The translations under genes were made by a program, and so were the position numbers. Below are positions 37,184 through 46,470 of a DNA stretch of 64,000 nucleotides, piece after piece; the first letter of the stretch is position 1, and every line of letters starts with the position of its first letter. The notes under the pieces are model-generated. The model did no database searches. It saw only the letters and a program-made list of their open reading frames with translations, and was not told the DNA's origin. This DNA comes from a virus (taxonomy: Duplodnaviria; Caudoviricetes), in the IMG/VR virus record IMGVR_UViG_3300028738_000008; one strand, 5' to 3'.

Positions 37184-37241
37184 TTTTAAATTCACTTGCG
37201 AAGGTACTAATAATAATCTATATTAGCAAGTGAATTTAAAA
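37184..37241. repeat. 16-bp inverted repeat enclosing promoter-like TACCTTCG (minus strand)
   Basis: TTTTAAATTCACTTGC / GCAAGTGAATTTAAAA with a 26-nt spacer. Confidence 0.8.
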
Positions 37242-37278
37242 ATAAAATGCTTATAAATCTAATTATAAGCATTTTATT
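37241..37278 (-). terminator. terminator-like hairpin after 37282..38490
   Basis: AATAAAATGCTTATAA / TTATAAGCATTTTATT. Confidence 0.6.
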
Positions 37279-37281
37279 TAT

Positions 37282-38490
37282 TTATGGACATCCATAAAAT
37301 CCTGTCGAAGTTATTCCGTCTAAAACGGTTATAGGATCAACATATGTAGTTGTTGTAACTGTATAAAATACTCCAGTAGCACCCTCAACACGATATCCCG
37401 CACCAAATACCTGAATTCCAGTATAAGGGCCTGCGTAATATGTTGAGCCATCACTACAACGATCCAATTCATACCAATAATTTATTAAATTTGTAGTTGT
37501 TAAAGGTTCACCGCAGGCTAATGTTGTGAACTTATAGCATGTGGGTGTTCCAGAAGGATTACCTAAGACATATCCAGTACTACAAGTGTATCCCTGACCA
37601 TGATCACCAATTAAAACTGGTTGACCAACCTCGTCTTTACTGCTAAATATAAGATTTGTACCCATGTCGGCATAGCTTGTACAATTCATTAAATCATGTT
37701 CAGTCATATCATAAATGTCTAATCCCACAGCAGCAGCACTAACAGTATTATGTCCAATTAGTTCAATTATATGATTACCTGCCGACATTAATACTGGATA
37801 TATATACCATAGTCTAAAACTACTTTCGCCTGCATTTGGTATAGTCCATCCATTAGCTGTAAACATCGCATAAAGAGCTGCGGTATCTTGCATTAATATA
37901 GATACGCCATCTAATTTAATTTCAGCAATATTATCGCATCCTACCCCAACATAATATGTTTTCTCAACAACTGTTGTGAAATATATTGGAAATCCAATAT
38001 ATTGATTGTCTAATGTTAATGAAGACCATACAGCGTTTGTATTCATTATACCATGAATTGTATCGCCGTTTCCGCCGCTTATAATAGGATTTATCCAAAA
38101 TGATCCGCTTGTATAATGATTGAAAGCTGTACCTGTACCATTATAATTCCATCCGCCACTAAAAACGACTGTTCCAGTTGTGCCATATCTTATGTTAGTA
38201 CTTTTAACCAAATTTCTAGGGTCTGTGGGATTAGTTGGCGCAATAGTTTCCGTCTTTTCACATCCGCCAACAACAGAAGTATAACCATCTGGACAACTTA
38301 CACATTTAGTAACATCTATGGATTTAACACATCCTTCATTATCTGTTATCAACAATGTATTTGCCATTGTTATACCTGTAAAGGCATATTGACCGTATGA
38401 GGCATGCACCTGATCAGGTGCTCCACTCCCAATTAAACTAACTGTCATTGGTAAATATCCGTCTACTAATTCGTATCTAATTATTCCCAT
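37282..38490 (-). CDS. Cys-rich tail-fibre-associated / carbohydrate-binding-like protein
   Basis: 402 aa, Gly/Thr-rich, Cys pairs (CVSCPDG..GGC; CSTG..PTC), YYVGVGCDN..LDG beta-sandwich-like core; last gene of the fibre operon. Confidence 0.5.
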   Translation of the reverse strand: MGIIRYELVDGYLPMTVSLIGSGAPDQVHASYGQYAFTGITMANTLLITDNEGCVKSIDVTKCVSCPDGYTSVVGGCEKTETIAPTNPTDPRNLVKSTNIRYGTTGTVVFSGGWNYNGTGTAFNHYTSGSFWINPIISGGNGDTIHGIMNTNAVWSSLTLDNQYIGFPIYFTTVVEKTYYVGVGCDNIAEIKLDGVSILMQDTAALYAMFTANGWTIPNAGESSFRLWYIYPVLMSAGNHIIELIGHNTVSAAAVGLDIYDMTEHDLMNCTSYADMGTNLIFSSKDEVGQPVLIGDHGQGYTCSTGYVLGNPSGTPTCYKFTTLACGEPLTTTNLINYWYELDRCSDGSTYYAGPYTGIQVFGAGYRVEGATGVFYTVTTTTYVDPITVLDGITSTGFYGCP

Positions 38491-38492
38491 TT

Positions 38493-38753
38493 TTAATATG
38501 TTATTTCAAGCACATTTACAATTACATTACAAATAATTGATCCGCCGCCACTAGAAATGATCGAATTTTTTACAACCCATTGATTTAAAGCATAAGTTGC
38601 TAAAAACGAAGCATCTATATTTAAATAATCAATACAATTCTGTTTCGTCATAAATTGATTTGAAGTAGGTAATGCTATTAATTGCGTAATACCACTACCC
38701 TGTGCATTTGTAAATGATACAAATTGATTATCAGCTAAGCTTCCCCAAGTCAT
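38493..38753 (-). CDS. small tail-fibre-operon protein
   Basis: 86 aa ORF between the fibre genes. Confidence 0.65.
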   Translation of the reverse strand: MTWGSLADNQFVSFTNAQGSGITQLIALPTSNQFMTKQNCIDYLNIDASFLATYALNQWVVKNSIISSGGGSIICNVIVNVLEITY

Positions 38754-38755
38754 AA

Positions 38756-40771
38756 TTATTTATTTATAATTGCTTCTAATGCTATAATTCTTAATTTTAA
38801 TGCATTAATTTCAATTTTTTCTTCCTGATGCGCTTTAAAACTCATACCCATCATAGTATATTGATTAATAGCATCATTATTTTCGCCCATTAAGAAATAT
38901 TCTCTAACACTCTCAGGCACTTCATCAATAATAAATCCTAATGTTCTATCAGTTGTAGGTCTTGATTTATAATAAAAATCCCTTAATTTAAATTGACTTA
39001 TAGCATCGCTAGCAGACCCATTCCAGTCATCATTTAAATTTTTCATTAATCTTAATGAGTTAAAGCCACCACCTGCAAATGTTCCTGAACCTGCTGTCCA
39101 TAAATCACCGTTATGTGCCAATGTCATTCTTTCAATAATTGAGCCAGCACTTCTTAAAGAAAATGAATATTTAGATGATTCAGCACCTAATGTCACATCT
39201 GAGAGCATATTAGCAATGTTACCAGAATTAATACCTAATCCAGATGTGCCTAAATAAGGCATTCTCCATTCTATAGAAAGTCCATATCCAGCGGTTACAC
39301 CTAATATGTGAGCATGATCAGAATCTATTATAATGGTTCTTTTTACACCTGTTGTGTTTAGATTTAAATTAATACCTATAAGTGGTATATTATCAGACAT
39401 ACCAGCAACACCATAACTATCTACGCCCATAGAATATGCTGAAACAGCAACTCCGCCACCTGACGTAATATTTAATGATGTCATATTACCAGTTGTAATA
39501 GATACAGGCCCTGATACGTTACCGCCAGTTAATAATAAATATAACCCAGCATGATTTCCCCATCCATAAGCTGTTTGACCATTTGCTATATTTGCATGAT
39601 TATATGTTGATGTGTGCGACGACATAATACCAGCGGCTGTTCCAGCGACTTCACCACCTAAGCCTACTAATGTATAATTTGGAACATTTAAAGCACCTGA
39701 TGACGTATTATACGTAGAAGCACCAGAGTTACCAGTTGTTGTTAAACTAATTGCCGATCTAGCAGAAGTATCCGTATATTGAGTTATAGTACAATTAATT
39801 ACACCTGTTGATGATACATAATTAATTCCAGTACCAGATGAGAAAACACCTCTTGCTAAACTAGTTGAAAAATATTTATTAACGCCTTCTGGTATATTAT
39901 CAGTTGTTAGTGAAACTGCACCCATAAAACCATTAACAGAAGCAACTGCATCAGTATTATCAACTTTTCTCCAAGATGCTCCGTCAAAAATTACCCAGTC
40001 GCTTATTTTCCAATCGAATATACCATCTAAATTTGTTACGCCTGATGCTGAAACAATATAATAATATCCTTTAGTACCAACACCGCTAGCTAAAGTAGGT
40101 GAATTCGTATTAGCATTCCAAGTACCTTGAAACGAAACTCCTCCAAGTAAAGCCGTTAATTGATTCTGAACTTTACCGAATGCCGATAAAATTGAATCTG
40201 ATGATGATATTGATCCGCCGCCAACAGTGTTTAATCCTGTTAAGTATTTACCTATTACTGCTGAATTATCTAATGTAACTGATATTGAGGTTGCGCCAGT
40301 TCCAGTCGCTTCACCAGATAATGATATTGATTGATTACCAGTTAAATAAGTTGCTGTATCAATTGTCCATGTGTCAGTTGCCGTCTTTTTTAAAAAACCT
40401 GCTGTTCCTGTTGATGATGCTACTAATATAGATGTTAATCCTGTTGTAATATCTTGTTTTAGACTTAAACCATATCTTAACAGATTAACTGTCGGATATT
40501 TTATTGTGGATGTGTCGATTGTGGCATTTTCCTTGTTAGAGACATTTTCAGGAACATATCCTAAACCTCCTATTTCAATCCATGCTGATCTTGCAGCATT
40601 TAATGTATATATTCTTGATTCTGTTTCGGTACACGCCACTATTTGACCAGCATATCTTAACGGATTTGTTAAATATGTAGTTAATGCACTTGCAGTGTCA
40701 AATACAGAATCTGGATCAAGAGAATCTGAGTACTGTCTTTTAAATTGTAATGGAAATATTAATTCTGCCAT
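38756..40771 (-). CDS. tail fibre protein with C-terminal intramolecular chaperone (peptidase S74-like)
   Basis: Gly/Ser/Thr-rich; FQGTWNANTNSPTL..WRKVDNTDAVASVNG; C-term NSLRLMKNL..LGFIIDEV..coiled coil. Confidence 0.78.
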   Translation of the reverse strand: MAELIFPLQFKRQYSDSLDPDSVFDTASALTTYLTNPLRYAGQIVACTETESRIYTLNAARSAWIEIGGLGYVPENVSNKENATIDTSTIKYPTVNLLRYGLSLKQDITTGLTSILVASSTGTAGFLKKTATDTWTIDTATYLTGNQSISLSGEATGTGATSISVTLDNSAVIGKYLTGLNTVGGGSISSSDSILSAFGKVQNQLTALLGGVSFQGTWNANTNSPTLASGVGTKGYYYIVSASGVTNLDGIFDWKISDWVIFDGASWRKVDNTDAVASVNGFMGAVSLTTDNIPEGVNKYFSTSLARGVFSSGTGINYVSSTGVINCTITQYTDTSARSAISLTTTGNSGASTYNTSSGALNVPNYTLVGLGGEVAGTAAGIMSSHTSTYNHANIANGQTAYGWGNHAGLYLLLTGGNVSGPVSITTGNMTSLNITSGGGVAVSAYSMGVDSYGVAGMSDNIPLIGINLNLNTTGVKRTIIIDSDHAHILGVTAGYGLSIEWRMPYLGTSGLGINSGNIANMLSDVTLGAESSKYSFSLRSAGSIIERMTLAHNGDLWTAGSGTFAGGGFNSLRLMKNLNDDWNGSASDAISQFKLRDFYYKSRPTTDRTLGFIIDEVPESVREYFLMGENNDAINQYTMMGMSFKAHQEEKIEINALKLRIIALEAIINK

Positions 40772-40775
40772 AATT

Positions 40776-41864
40776 TTATATTGTTACGTTATATGTTGCC
40801 GTAGCTGAAAATGGAACTGCTGGCGTATACATGTATAATTTATAATTTGTTGTTGCATAGCCTTCAGCACCTTCAACAGCTATATCCGCTAATTTTGTAA
40901 AAATTCCCTTTACCTCTGCATTAAGACCTTCAACATATTTAACACTTGTAACATCAGTTAATGTATTTTTATATGCAAAGACAACATTTGTTGCGCCAAT
41001 AGGAATATTTATAGTAAATGTTGTCGTACTGAAACTGCTTGTTAATGATCTGATTGCAGCACTTGTGTTAGCTGGACTCGATACGCCGTAGAATGTTTTT
41101 CTTCTCCCAACTATTGTCGTTGATTTTGAATCTGTTCCAGCTGGGTATGGTACATCTGGAATATTATCATGATTTGGGTCAGAAGGCTGTCCATATGAAT
41201 CTAAAGGTTGTGCGCCAATATCATATGTAACAGAAGCATTAAAATTGTTCGATCCGTCATCTATAAGTCTAGCTGTTCTAGTTAAAGTATTTGCTGTTCC
41301 GTTTGCTGTTCCGTCAATAGTATATAGTATTGCAGCACCGCCTCTAGGATTTTGTGATAATGATGGATTCCAAATGCCTCCAGATAAGTTTCCGTTGATA
41401 GTGCCTCTATTATATGTATATATTAATACGGTATCCAAATGTGTGCCAGACTCAACATTATTACCATTATAATTAGACGTAAATGAAAATGTTGGGTCTG
41501 AGTATGTTGGGTAAAATGTTGTTACAAGTAATTTCTTAACAAATTGTGTTAAACTTGTTCCGCCACTAATTAATCTTTGTGCCCATATTCCACCGACCTC
41601 AATATTTGCCGTAACATCTTCGGTTAACAGGGGTAATTCATCTGGAGTTAAAGCTACTATTTTTATAGCCCCATCCTGATATTTTAAAGTATCACCGTTA
41701 GTCCCACCTGTTAATATTATTGGAATATCCACACCGTCGCCATGTGTTATAGATACACCGCCGACTTTATCAAAATGAGTTGATCCTGATAGTCTTAAGT
41801 CATCATTGGTATCTTGTCTAAATTGTATATCTGATAATATTGGTCTCGAATTAAAATTTGTCAT
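40776..41864 (-). CDS. tail fibre / baseplate-proximal structural protein
   Basis: 362 aa Thr/Gly-rich; first gene of a late operon. Confidence 0.55.
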   Translation of the reverse strand: MTNFNSRPILSDIQFRQDTNDDLRLSGSTHFDKVGGVSITHGDGVDIPIILTGGTNGDTLKYQDGAIKIVALTPDELPLLTEDVTANIEVGGIWAQRLISGGTSLTQFVKKLLVTTFYPTYSDPTFSFTSNYNGNNVESGTHLDTVLIYTYNRGTINGNLSGGIWNPSLSQNPRGGAAILYTIDGTANGTANTLTRTARLIDDGSNNFNASVTYDIGAQPLDSYGQPSDPNHDNIPDVPYPAGTDSKSTTIVGRRKTFYGVSSPANTSAAIRSLTSSFSTTTFTINIPIGATNVVFAYKNTLTDVTSVKYVEGLNAEVKGIFTKLADIAVEGAEGYATTNYKLYMYTPAVPFSATATYNVTI

Positions 41865-41876
41865 GTTACGTTTATT

Positions 41877-41886
41877 ATATAAATAC
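41877..41886 (-). promoter_or_regulatory. putative late promoter GTATTTATAT
   Basis: Exact motif 12 nt upstream of the ATG. Confidence 0.65.
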
Positions 41887-41897
41887 TTTTATTAATA

Positions 41898-44471
41898 TTA
41901 TTGTCCGATCATTCCGCCACTATAACTCTTCATTCTATTAACTAATATAGGTATATTGATAGCTTTAGCTGTGAATCTTTCTCCGTCAATATCCAACGTT
42001 ATGTTTGCTTTCATAGAAACTTCTTTATCGGCAAATTCCACTTTTAGAGGGGTTTTTAATAATGTTACCAATTCAGCGAATGCTGATCCACTCTTAGTAT
42101 TCATTTTAGAGATTGCATCAACAGTTGTTGCAATTGCTGTGTAATCGTCTGCACTACCTCTCATAGCTGTGTTTATTTCTCTAAATGCTGCCCCAACTCT
42201 TTCAAGTGCAGGCGCAGAATCTGATAATAATTTTACTTTATCTAGGCTTATATTTCCACCTGAACCAGCGTTCATCACATCGGCAATTCCTTTAGCTAAA
42301 TAGCCAATTCCAGCAGAGGCTGCGCCAATTCCACCTCCAATCATAGCAAATGTAGCACCTAAAGCTAGAAGGCCTGGCATTGTGGCAGCACTAGCAGCAC
42401 CGATAGCAGCTATACTTATAGAAAATGCTGTGCCCATTGCAGTTATAGCTGGAGACATCATTAAAGCAGCACCGCCTATAGCTAATACCGTTGCAGGTAA
42501 TGCCCATATTTTTGTGGAATCTAGTTTAGCCATTGAATCAGCTAACTTAGAAATTCCAAATGCAGCTAATCCAATTCCAGCACCTACGCCCACAGCGGCT
42601 GCACCAAATCCAGCACCAGCCATCATCTTACCTTTACCAGCCATTTGAGAAGCTTTTCCAGCATTTAAAACGCTAGCACCTCTACCTTTCGGAAGAGACG
42701 GTTTATTTGAATTACCAATTGTACCTGCAAATCCAGCACCAGCTCCTCCAAATAATTGCTTGCCAGATGCATAGTAAACCACTTTAGATAATGCAGTTGC
42801 ACCACCATTAATTAAAACAGCAGCAGCAGTTAAAACACCAGCTATTTTTAAAGCAGCCATACCAATTGGATTATTAAGAATGCTTTTTATAACGTGTGAT
42901 ATGTCTTGAAAAACAGGTATAACTATTTTCATTACCTCATTAACACCTCTTAACATTGGTAATAGTAATGTTTTAAAGGAAGCCAATGTAGCTTGTAATG
43001 CTTCTTCGAATGTTAAAGCATCTTTGGCTCTTTGCTCCAAAGCTGCTTTCTGTTGTATGAACGCATTTGCTTCACTTTCGGTTAAATTTGCTATATTTTT
43101 AGCAGTTGTCCCAACCATAACCTGAAATTGTCCAGTTTTTGAATTAAATATGGCAGCACCTTCAATAGCTGATTTATCATCTTTAGATAATCCTGAACCA
43201 ATCATGTTCTTACGCATTTTCATGATATCAGCCATTCTAAGAGCCTGCTGTGTTAATTCGCCATTTTGTAAGCCTAATGATTTCTCAACAGATGCCATAC
43301 GATCTCTATCAGCAGGCGATATAAATTTTGTAAATGTTCCATCAGCTTGTTTTTGAAATGTTACAACGCCTTTAGTCATATCATTAATCTTTTCTGTGAA
43401 TTTTGCAGGATCATTACGAGAAAGGAATAACATTTCAAAAGGATCAGATTTAGCAAATTCGCCACCCATAATCTGTAGATTCGATGCTAGTTCAATAGCA
43501 CCTTCCAAAGTTTTTGCTGTGTCAATTGCATTAAAAGCCTGACTAAAATCGATATTCATTTTTGTAGCATAGGCTGACATTTCCATCATACCTTTTACAC
43601 CACCTTTAAAATTATATAGGTTTAATTTCTTAAAATTATCTGATACGTTTTTTAATGCTTTTGTTGTGTTGATACCATATTTCTCACTTGAATGAACGAA
43701 TTCATCAGTCATTTCATATGTTTTTTGTGCATCAATACCCATTAGCTCAAACTGTGAAGCCATTTTTGTGGCATTGTCAACACCTAAACCAGTTCCTTTA
43801 CCTATTGCAACGATATTAACGAGCATCTTTTCAGACATTACTCTGGAACGTCCTGTTTCATCAGCAAATCCTTGCATTACGGACTGTAAGTCCTCCAATC
43901 CGCCACCCATTTCGGCAACAGACATTGCAGAGTTTTCGAAAGAAGTTCTAATCATATCAGCCTTTAAACCAGACATGCCGAGGTTTAATGTGGTTTGTCT
44001 AATGATCTTATCTGACTGCATCAAGCCTTGTATCCAAGCTGCTTCAAGTTTAGTGTTATCTATGAGAAGCTTTTTACGGGCTTCGTATAATTCATTACTT
44101 TTCTTCTGCTTTTCTATTAAAGCATCTTGTTCCTTATTTTCTTCTTTTAAACTTTGTACTTTTTTTAATTGATTGGTATATGCAACACTGCTTTTATTAG
44201 TAATAGCATCAAGTTTTTTTAACTCAAGATCTAAAGCAGCATTTCTAGCATCTTGTGCTTTTTGAGCAATTTCAGCTTGTTTTGCGTTTCGATCCCTACT
44301 ATTAAATATACCATTAAGCAGACTTAATTCATTTTGCAGCAATGCTAAGTCTTGATTTTGTAGATCAAGAGCTTGTTTAGCATCTTTTACAGCCTGTTTT
44401 TGCTGGGTTGCTAACTGTGCTCTAGCTGCTGCCGCTGCTTGTGCTTGTGCCGACTGTGTTGGTGCTGCCAT
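41898..44471 (-). CDS. tail tape measure protein
   Basis: 857 aa; N-terminal coiled coil, Ala/Gly-rich hydrophobic C-half; directly downstream of the chaperone/hub gene pair. Confidence 0.8.
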   Translation of the reverse strand: MAAPTQSAQAQAAAAARAQLATQQKQAVKDAKQALDLQNQDLALLQNELSLLNGIFNSRDRNAKQAEIAQKAQDARNAALDLELKKLDAITNKSSVAYTNQLKKVQSLKEENKEQDALIEKQKKSNELYEARKKLLIDNTKLEAAWIQGLMQSDKIIRQTTLNLGMSGLKADMIRTSFENSAMSVAEMGGGLEDLQSVMQGFADETGRSRVMSEKMLVNIVAIGKGTGLGVDNATKMASQFELMGIDAQKTYEMTDEFVHSSEKYGINTTKALKNVSDNFKKLNLYNFKGGVKGMMEMSAYATKMNIDFSQAFNAIDTAKTLEGAIELASNLQIMGGEFAKSDPFEMLFLSRNDPAKFTEKINDMTKGVVTFQKQADGTFTKFISPADRDRMASVEKSLGLQNGELTQQALRMADIMKMRKNMIGSGLSKDDKSAIEGAAIFNSKTGQFQVMVGTTAKNIANLTESEANAFIQQKAALEQRAKDALTFEEALQATLASFKTLLLPMLRGVNEVMKIVIPVFQDISHVIKSILNNPIGMAALKIAGVLTAAAVLINGGATALSKVVYYASGKQLFGGAGAGFAGTIGNSNKPSLPKGRGASVLNAGKASQMAGKGKMMAGAGFGAAAVGVGAGIGLAAFGISKLADSMAKLDSTKIWALPATVLAIGGAALMMSPAITAMGTAFSISIAAIGAASAATMPGLLALGATFAMIGGGIGAASAGIGYLAKGIADVMNAGSGGNISLDKVKLLSDSAPALERVGAAFREINTAMRGSADDYTAIATTVDAISKMNTKSGSAFAELVTLLKTPLKVEFADKEVSMKANITLDIDGERFTAKAINIPILVNRMKSYSGGMIGQ

Positions 44472-44487
44472 AATTCATTACTATTTC

Positions 44488-44497
44488 ATATAAATAC
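44488..44497 (-). promoter_or_regulatory. putative late promoter GTATTTATAT
   Basis: Exact motif 16 nt upstream of the tape measure ATG. Confidence 0.65.
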
Positions 44498-44534
44498 AAA
44501 AGGAACTAAATTATAATAACTTAGTTCCCTTTTT
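44498..44534 (-). terminator. terminator-like hairpin
   Basis: AAAAGGAACTAA / TTAGTTCCCTTT right after the stop of 44535..44693. Confidence 0.55.
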
Positions 44535-44693
44535 TTATCTATGTCTAGCAGCTTCTTGCTGCTTTTCCATTTCCTCGTTTTCTTTTTGCATTAAATGTAA
44601 GAAATATCTCCTTTTGTAAACTGGTATACCTTCCACATAATCAGCTTGAAACCTGCCATGTTTAGTTAGAATGTAGATTTCGTCATTTACCAT
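44535..44693 (-). CDS. gp51-like / tail assembly chaperone GT-part (52 aa; probably also produced as a -1 frameshift extension of 44711..45580)
   Basis: Not in ORF track: MVNDEIYILTKHGRFQADYVEGIPVYKRRYFLHLMQKENEEMEKQQEAARHR; the frame is open back to the T9 run. Confidence 0.75.
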   Translation of the reverse strand: MVNDEIYILTKHGRFQADYVEGIPVYKRRYFLHLMQKENEEMEKQQEAARHR

Positions 44694-44710
44694 TTTTTTA
44701 TAATCACCTG

Positions 44711-45580
44711 CTAGGTGTTTGGGAAAAAAAAATCTATACCGAGCGTTAAATTGGACTTAAATTCAAATCCATCGTCAGTGGTAAATGTATAGCTAAGGTC
44801 AACATCTGGAGATACTTCAACAATTTTTTTACGAATTGTGAAAGCATCTAAGGCAGGCATCGCATCAACAAATTTATCAATGTATCCACGATCGGTATTC
44901 CCTTCAATTGAGATAATACTTGCTTTAAGCCTAATGGTGCTGTATGAGCTATATGTTTTGCTATACGCCAATTTAATAGCCTCAGCTTTTTTAGAAATGT
45001 TATCGTCTTCACCATATGTTAATATTCTGAAAACAACATTCTTTTTTCTCATAGGAATAAACACTGTAAAATGACCATTAGCGTCTGGTATTTCTTTTAC
45101 TTCCTTATATGTCAGGTTAAGTAAATTAACAACTGTTTTAAATGCTTGACCATTTCTAGGGTCTGTGGCGACAACTGAATAATCTGCGCCATATGATGTA
45201 GTTCTTAAAAATAATATTAAAGCATTTCTATCACCTTGCAATAGATCGAACGTGTTTACATTTGGCGTTTTGACTTTCTTTTTTAACAATAAGTCTAAAA
45301 CAGTACCATTTTCAATTAACGATGGCGTTGTTAAAAGGTCTTCGTCTTTAGAAGTCATGTATTCAATACTAATTTCCGATAAATGATTTTCATAGAATAA
45401 ACCTTTTGATGGTAACTGAACTATCTCACATACCGTAATTAGGTCAGGGTCAGTTTCTTTGCTCATGACGTCATTATAGCCTGTTGTCATGGATGATACG
45501 CCAGTGCTCTGTGCCCCAGCATTTTTATTGTATCCTTGTATTGCATTCTTGATTGCTTGTGCTCCTGTTTCCTTTGCCAT
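44711..45580 (-). CDS. T4 gp26-like baseplate hub assembly / tail assembly chaperone
   Basis: LPSKGLFY, YMTSKDEDLL, LLQGDRNALILFLR, FTTDDG..LTLGIDFFFP. Confidence 0.78.
   Translation of the reverse strand: MAKETGAQAIKNAIQGYNKNAGAQSTGVSSMTTGYNDVMSKETDPDLITVCEIVQLPSKGLFYENHLSEISIEYMTSKDEDLLTTPSLIENGTVLDLLLKKKVKTPNVNTFDLLQGDRNALILFLRTTSYGADYSVVATDPRNGQAFKTVVNLLNLTYKEVKEIPDANGHFTVFIPMRKKNVVFRILTYGEDDNISKKAEAIKLAYSKTYSSYSTIRLKASIISIEGNTDRGYIDKFVDAMPALDAFTIRKKIVEVSPDVDLSYTFTTDDGFEFKSNLTLGIDFFFPNT
44724..44732 (-). other. candidate -1 ribosomal frameshift slippery site (GAT TTT TTT TTC)
   Basis: T9 run 4 codons before the TAG stop; a -1 shift enters the open frame of 44535..44693. Confidence 0.7.
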
Positions 45581-45616
45581 TTTCTATAAATATTTATAAT
45601 ATTTTATTATTTTGAT

Positions 45617-45625
45617 TATAAATAG
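45617..45625 (-). promoter_or_regulatory. late-promoter-like variant CTATTTATA
   Basis: Upstream of the gp26-like gene; a palindromic TATAAATATTTATA also lies at 45585-45598. Confidence 0.4.
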
Positions 45626-45693
45626 TGTTTTTTTTAAAAAGAATTCAAGATTTTTGCTTTTCAGTTGTATAATGTAATAAAATAATATCTCAG

Positions 45694-46470
45694 ATGGGAA
45701 AAACTAATAAAAAGCTTGAAGCTGTTAAGCTCGAAGAAAAAGAATTTATTAATATTGTTAACGGTGCTGAAAAGAACTTAGCAACTATGAAAAATGAGAT
45801 CGGAAAGATTATAACTACCGATATAAAGGTTTCTGCTAAGAATGATAGCCAGAAGAAAATTTTTGAGTCTATCAAAAATAATGAGATTACCATTTGTTCT
45901 GGGTTTGCAGGGTCTGGTAAAACATATGTGGCACTAGCTGCCGCACTCAACCTGTTAAAAAAAGGAGGCAATTCATATAAAAAGATTTATTTAATTAAAT
46001 CCGTGACGCCGCTTAAGGAAGAATCAATCGGGTATCTTAAAGGTACTATGGAAGAAAAAATGGAACCTTTCATGTGGAGTTTTAACTTTAACATTGCTAA
46101 ATTAGTTAGCGAAAATACATTTAAGATTCTATCTGAAAAAGGATACATAAAAATATTACCTCTAGCTTATTTGAGAGGAACAACATTAGACGACTGTATC
46201 ATCATATTGGATGAATGCCAAAACGTAACAGTTGATAATGCACACACCGCCATGACAAGGGTCGGTAATAATTGTAAATTGATTATCTTGGGAGACGTTG
46301 ATCAGGTTGACCTAAAATTTAAAAAGGATAGCTCTTTACACGTATTAATTAATTTATTTGAAGACGTTGAAGAAATTGGAACAATAAAAATGAATGAGAC
46401 GGATGTAAATGTTAGAAATCCTATTATCGCAAAAATTGAGGCAAAATTTAAAGAACATTATAAGAAATGA
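45694..46470 (+). CDS. phoH: PhoH-family ATPase
   Basis: GFAGSGKTY, IGYLKG, PLAYLRGTTL, ILDECQN, TRVG, GDVDQVD. Confidence 0.93.
   Translation: MGKTNKKLEAVKLEEKEFINIVNGAEKNLATMKNEIGKIITTDIKVSAKNDSQKKIFESIKNNEITICSGFAGSGKTYVALAAALNLLKKGGNSYKKIYLIKSVTPLKEESIGYLKGTMEEKMEPFMWSFNFNIAKLVSENTFKILSEKGYIKILPLAYLRGTTLDDCIIILDECQNVTVDNAHTAMTRVGNNCKLIILGDVDQVDLKFKKDSSLHVLINLFEDVEEIGTIKMNETDVNVRNPIIAKIEAKFKEHYKK

Noticed and set aside
36894-37281. tRNA gene or a short plus-strand ORF (MRIKMKDSAKLQRIF...)
   Set aside because: No cloverleaf or T-loop GTTCRA motif; the short ORF is just the antisense reading of the TAACTTTG promoter.
45585-45598. Palindrome TATAAATATTTATA as a special bidirectional element
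   Set aside because: It is all A/T in a very AT-rich gap and lacks the 5' G of the late motif; plausible by chance.
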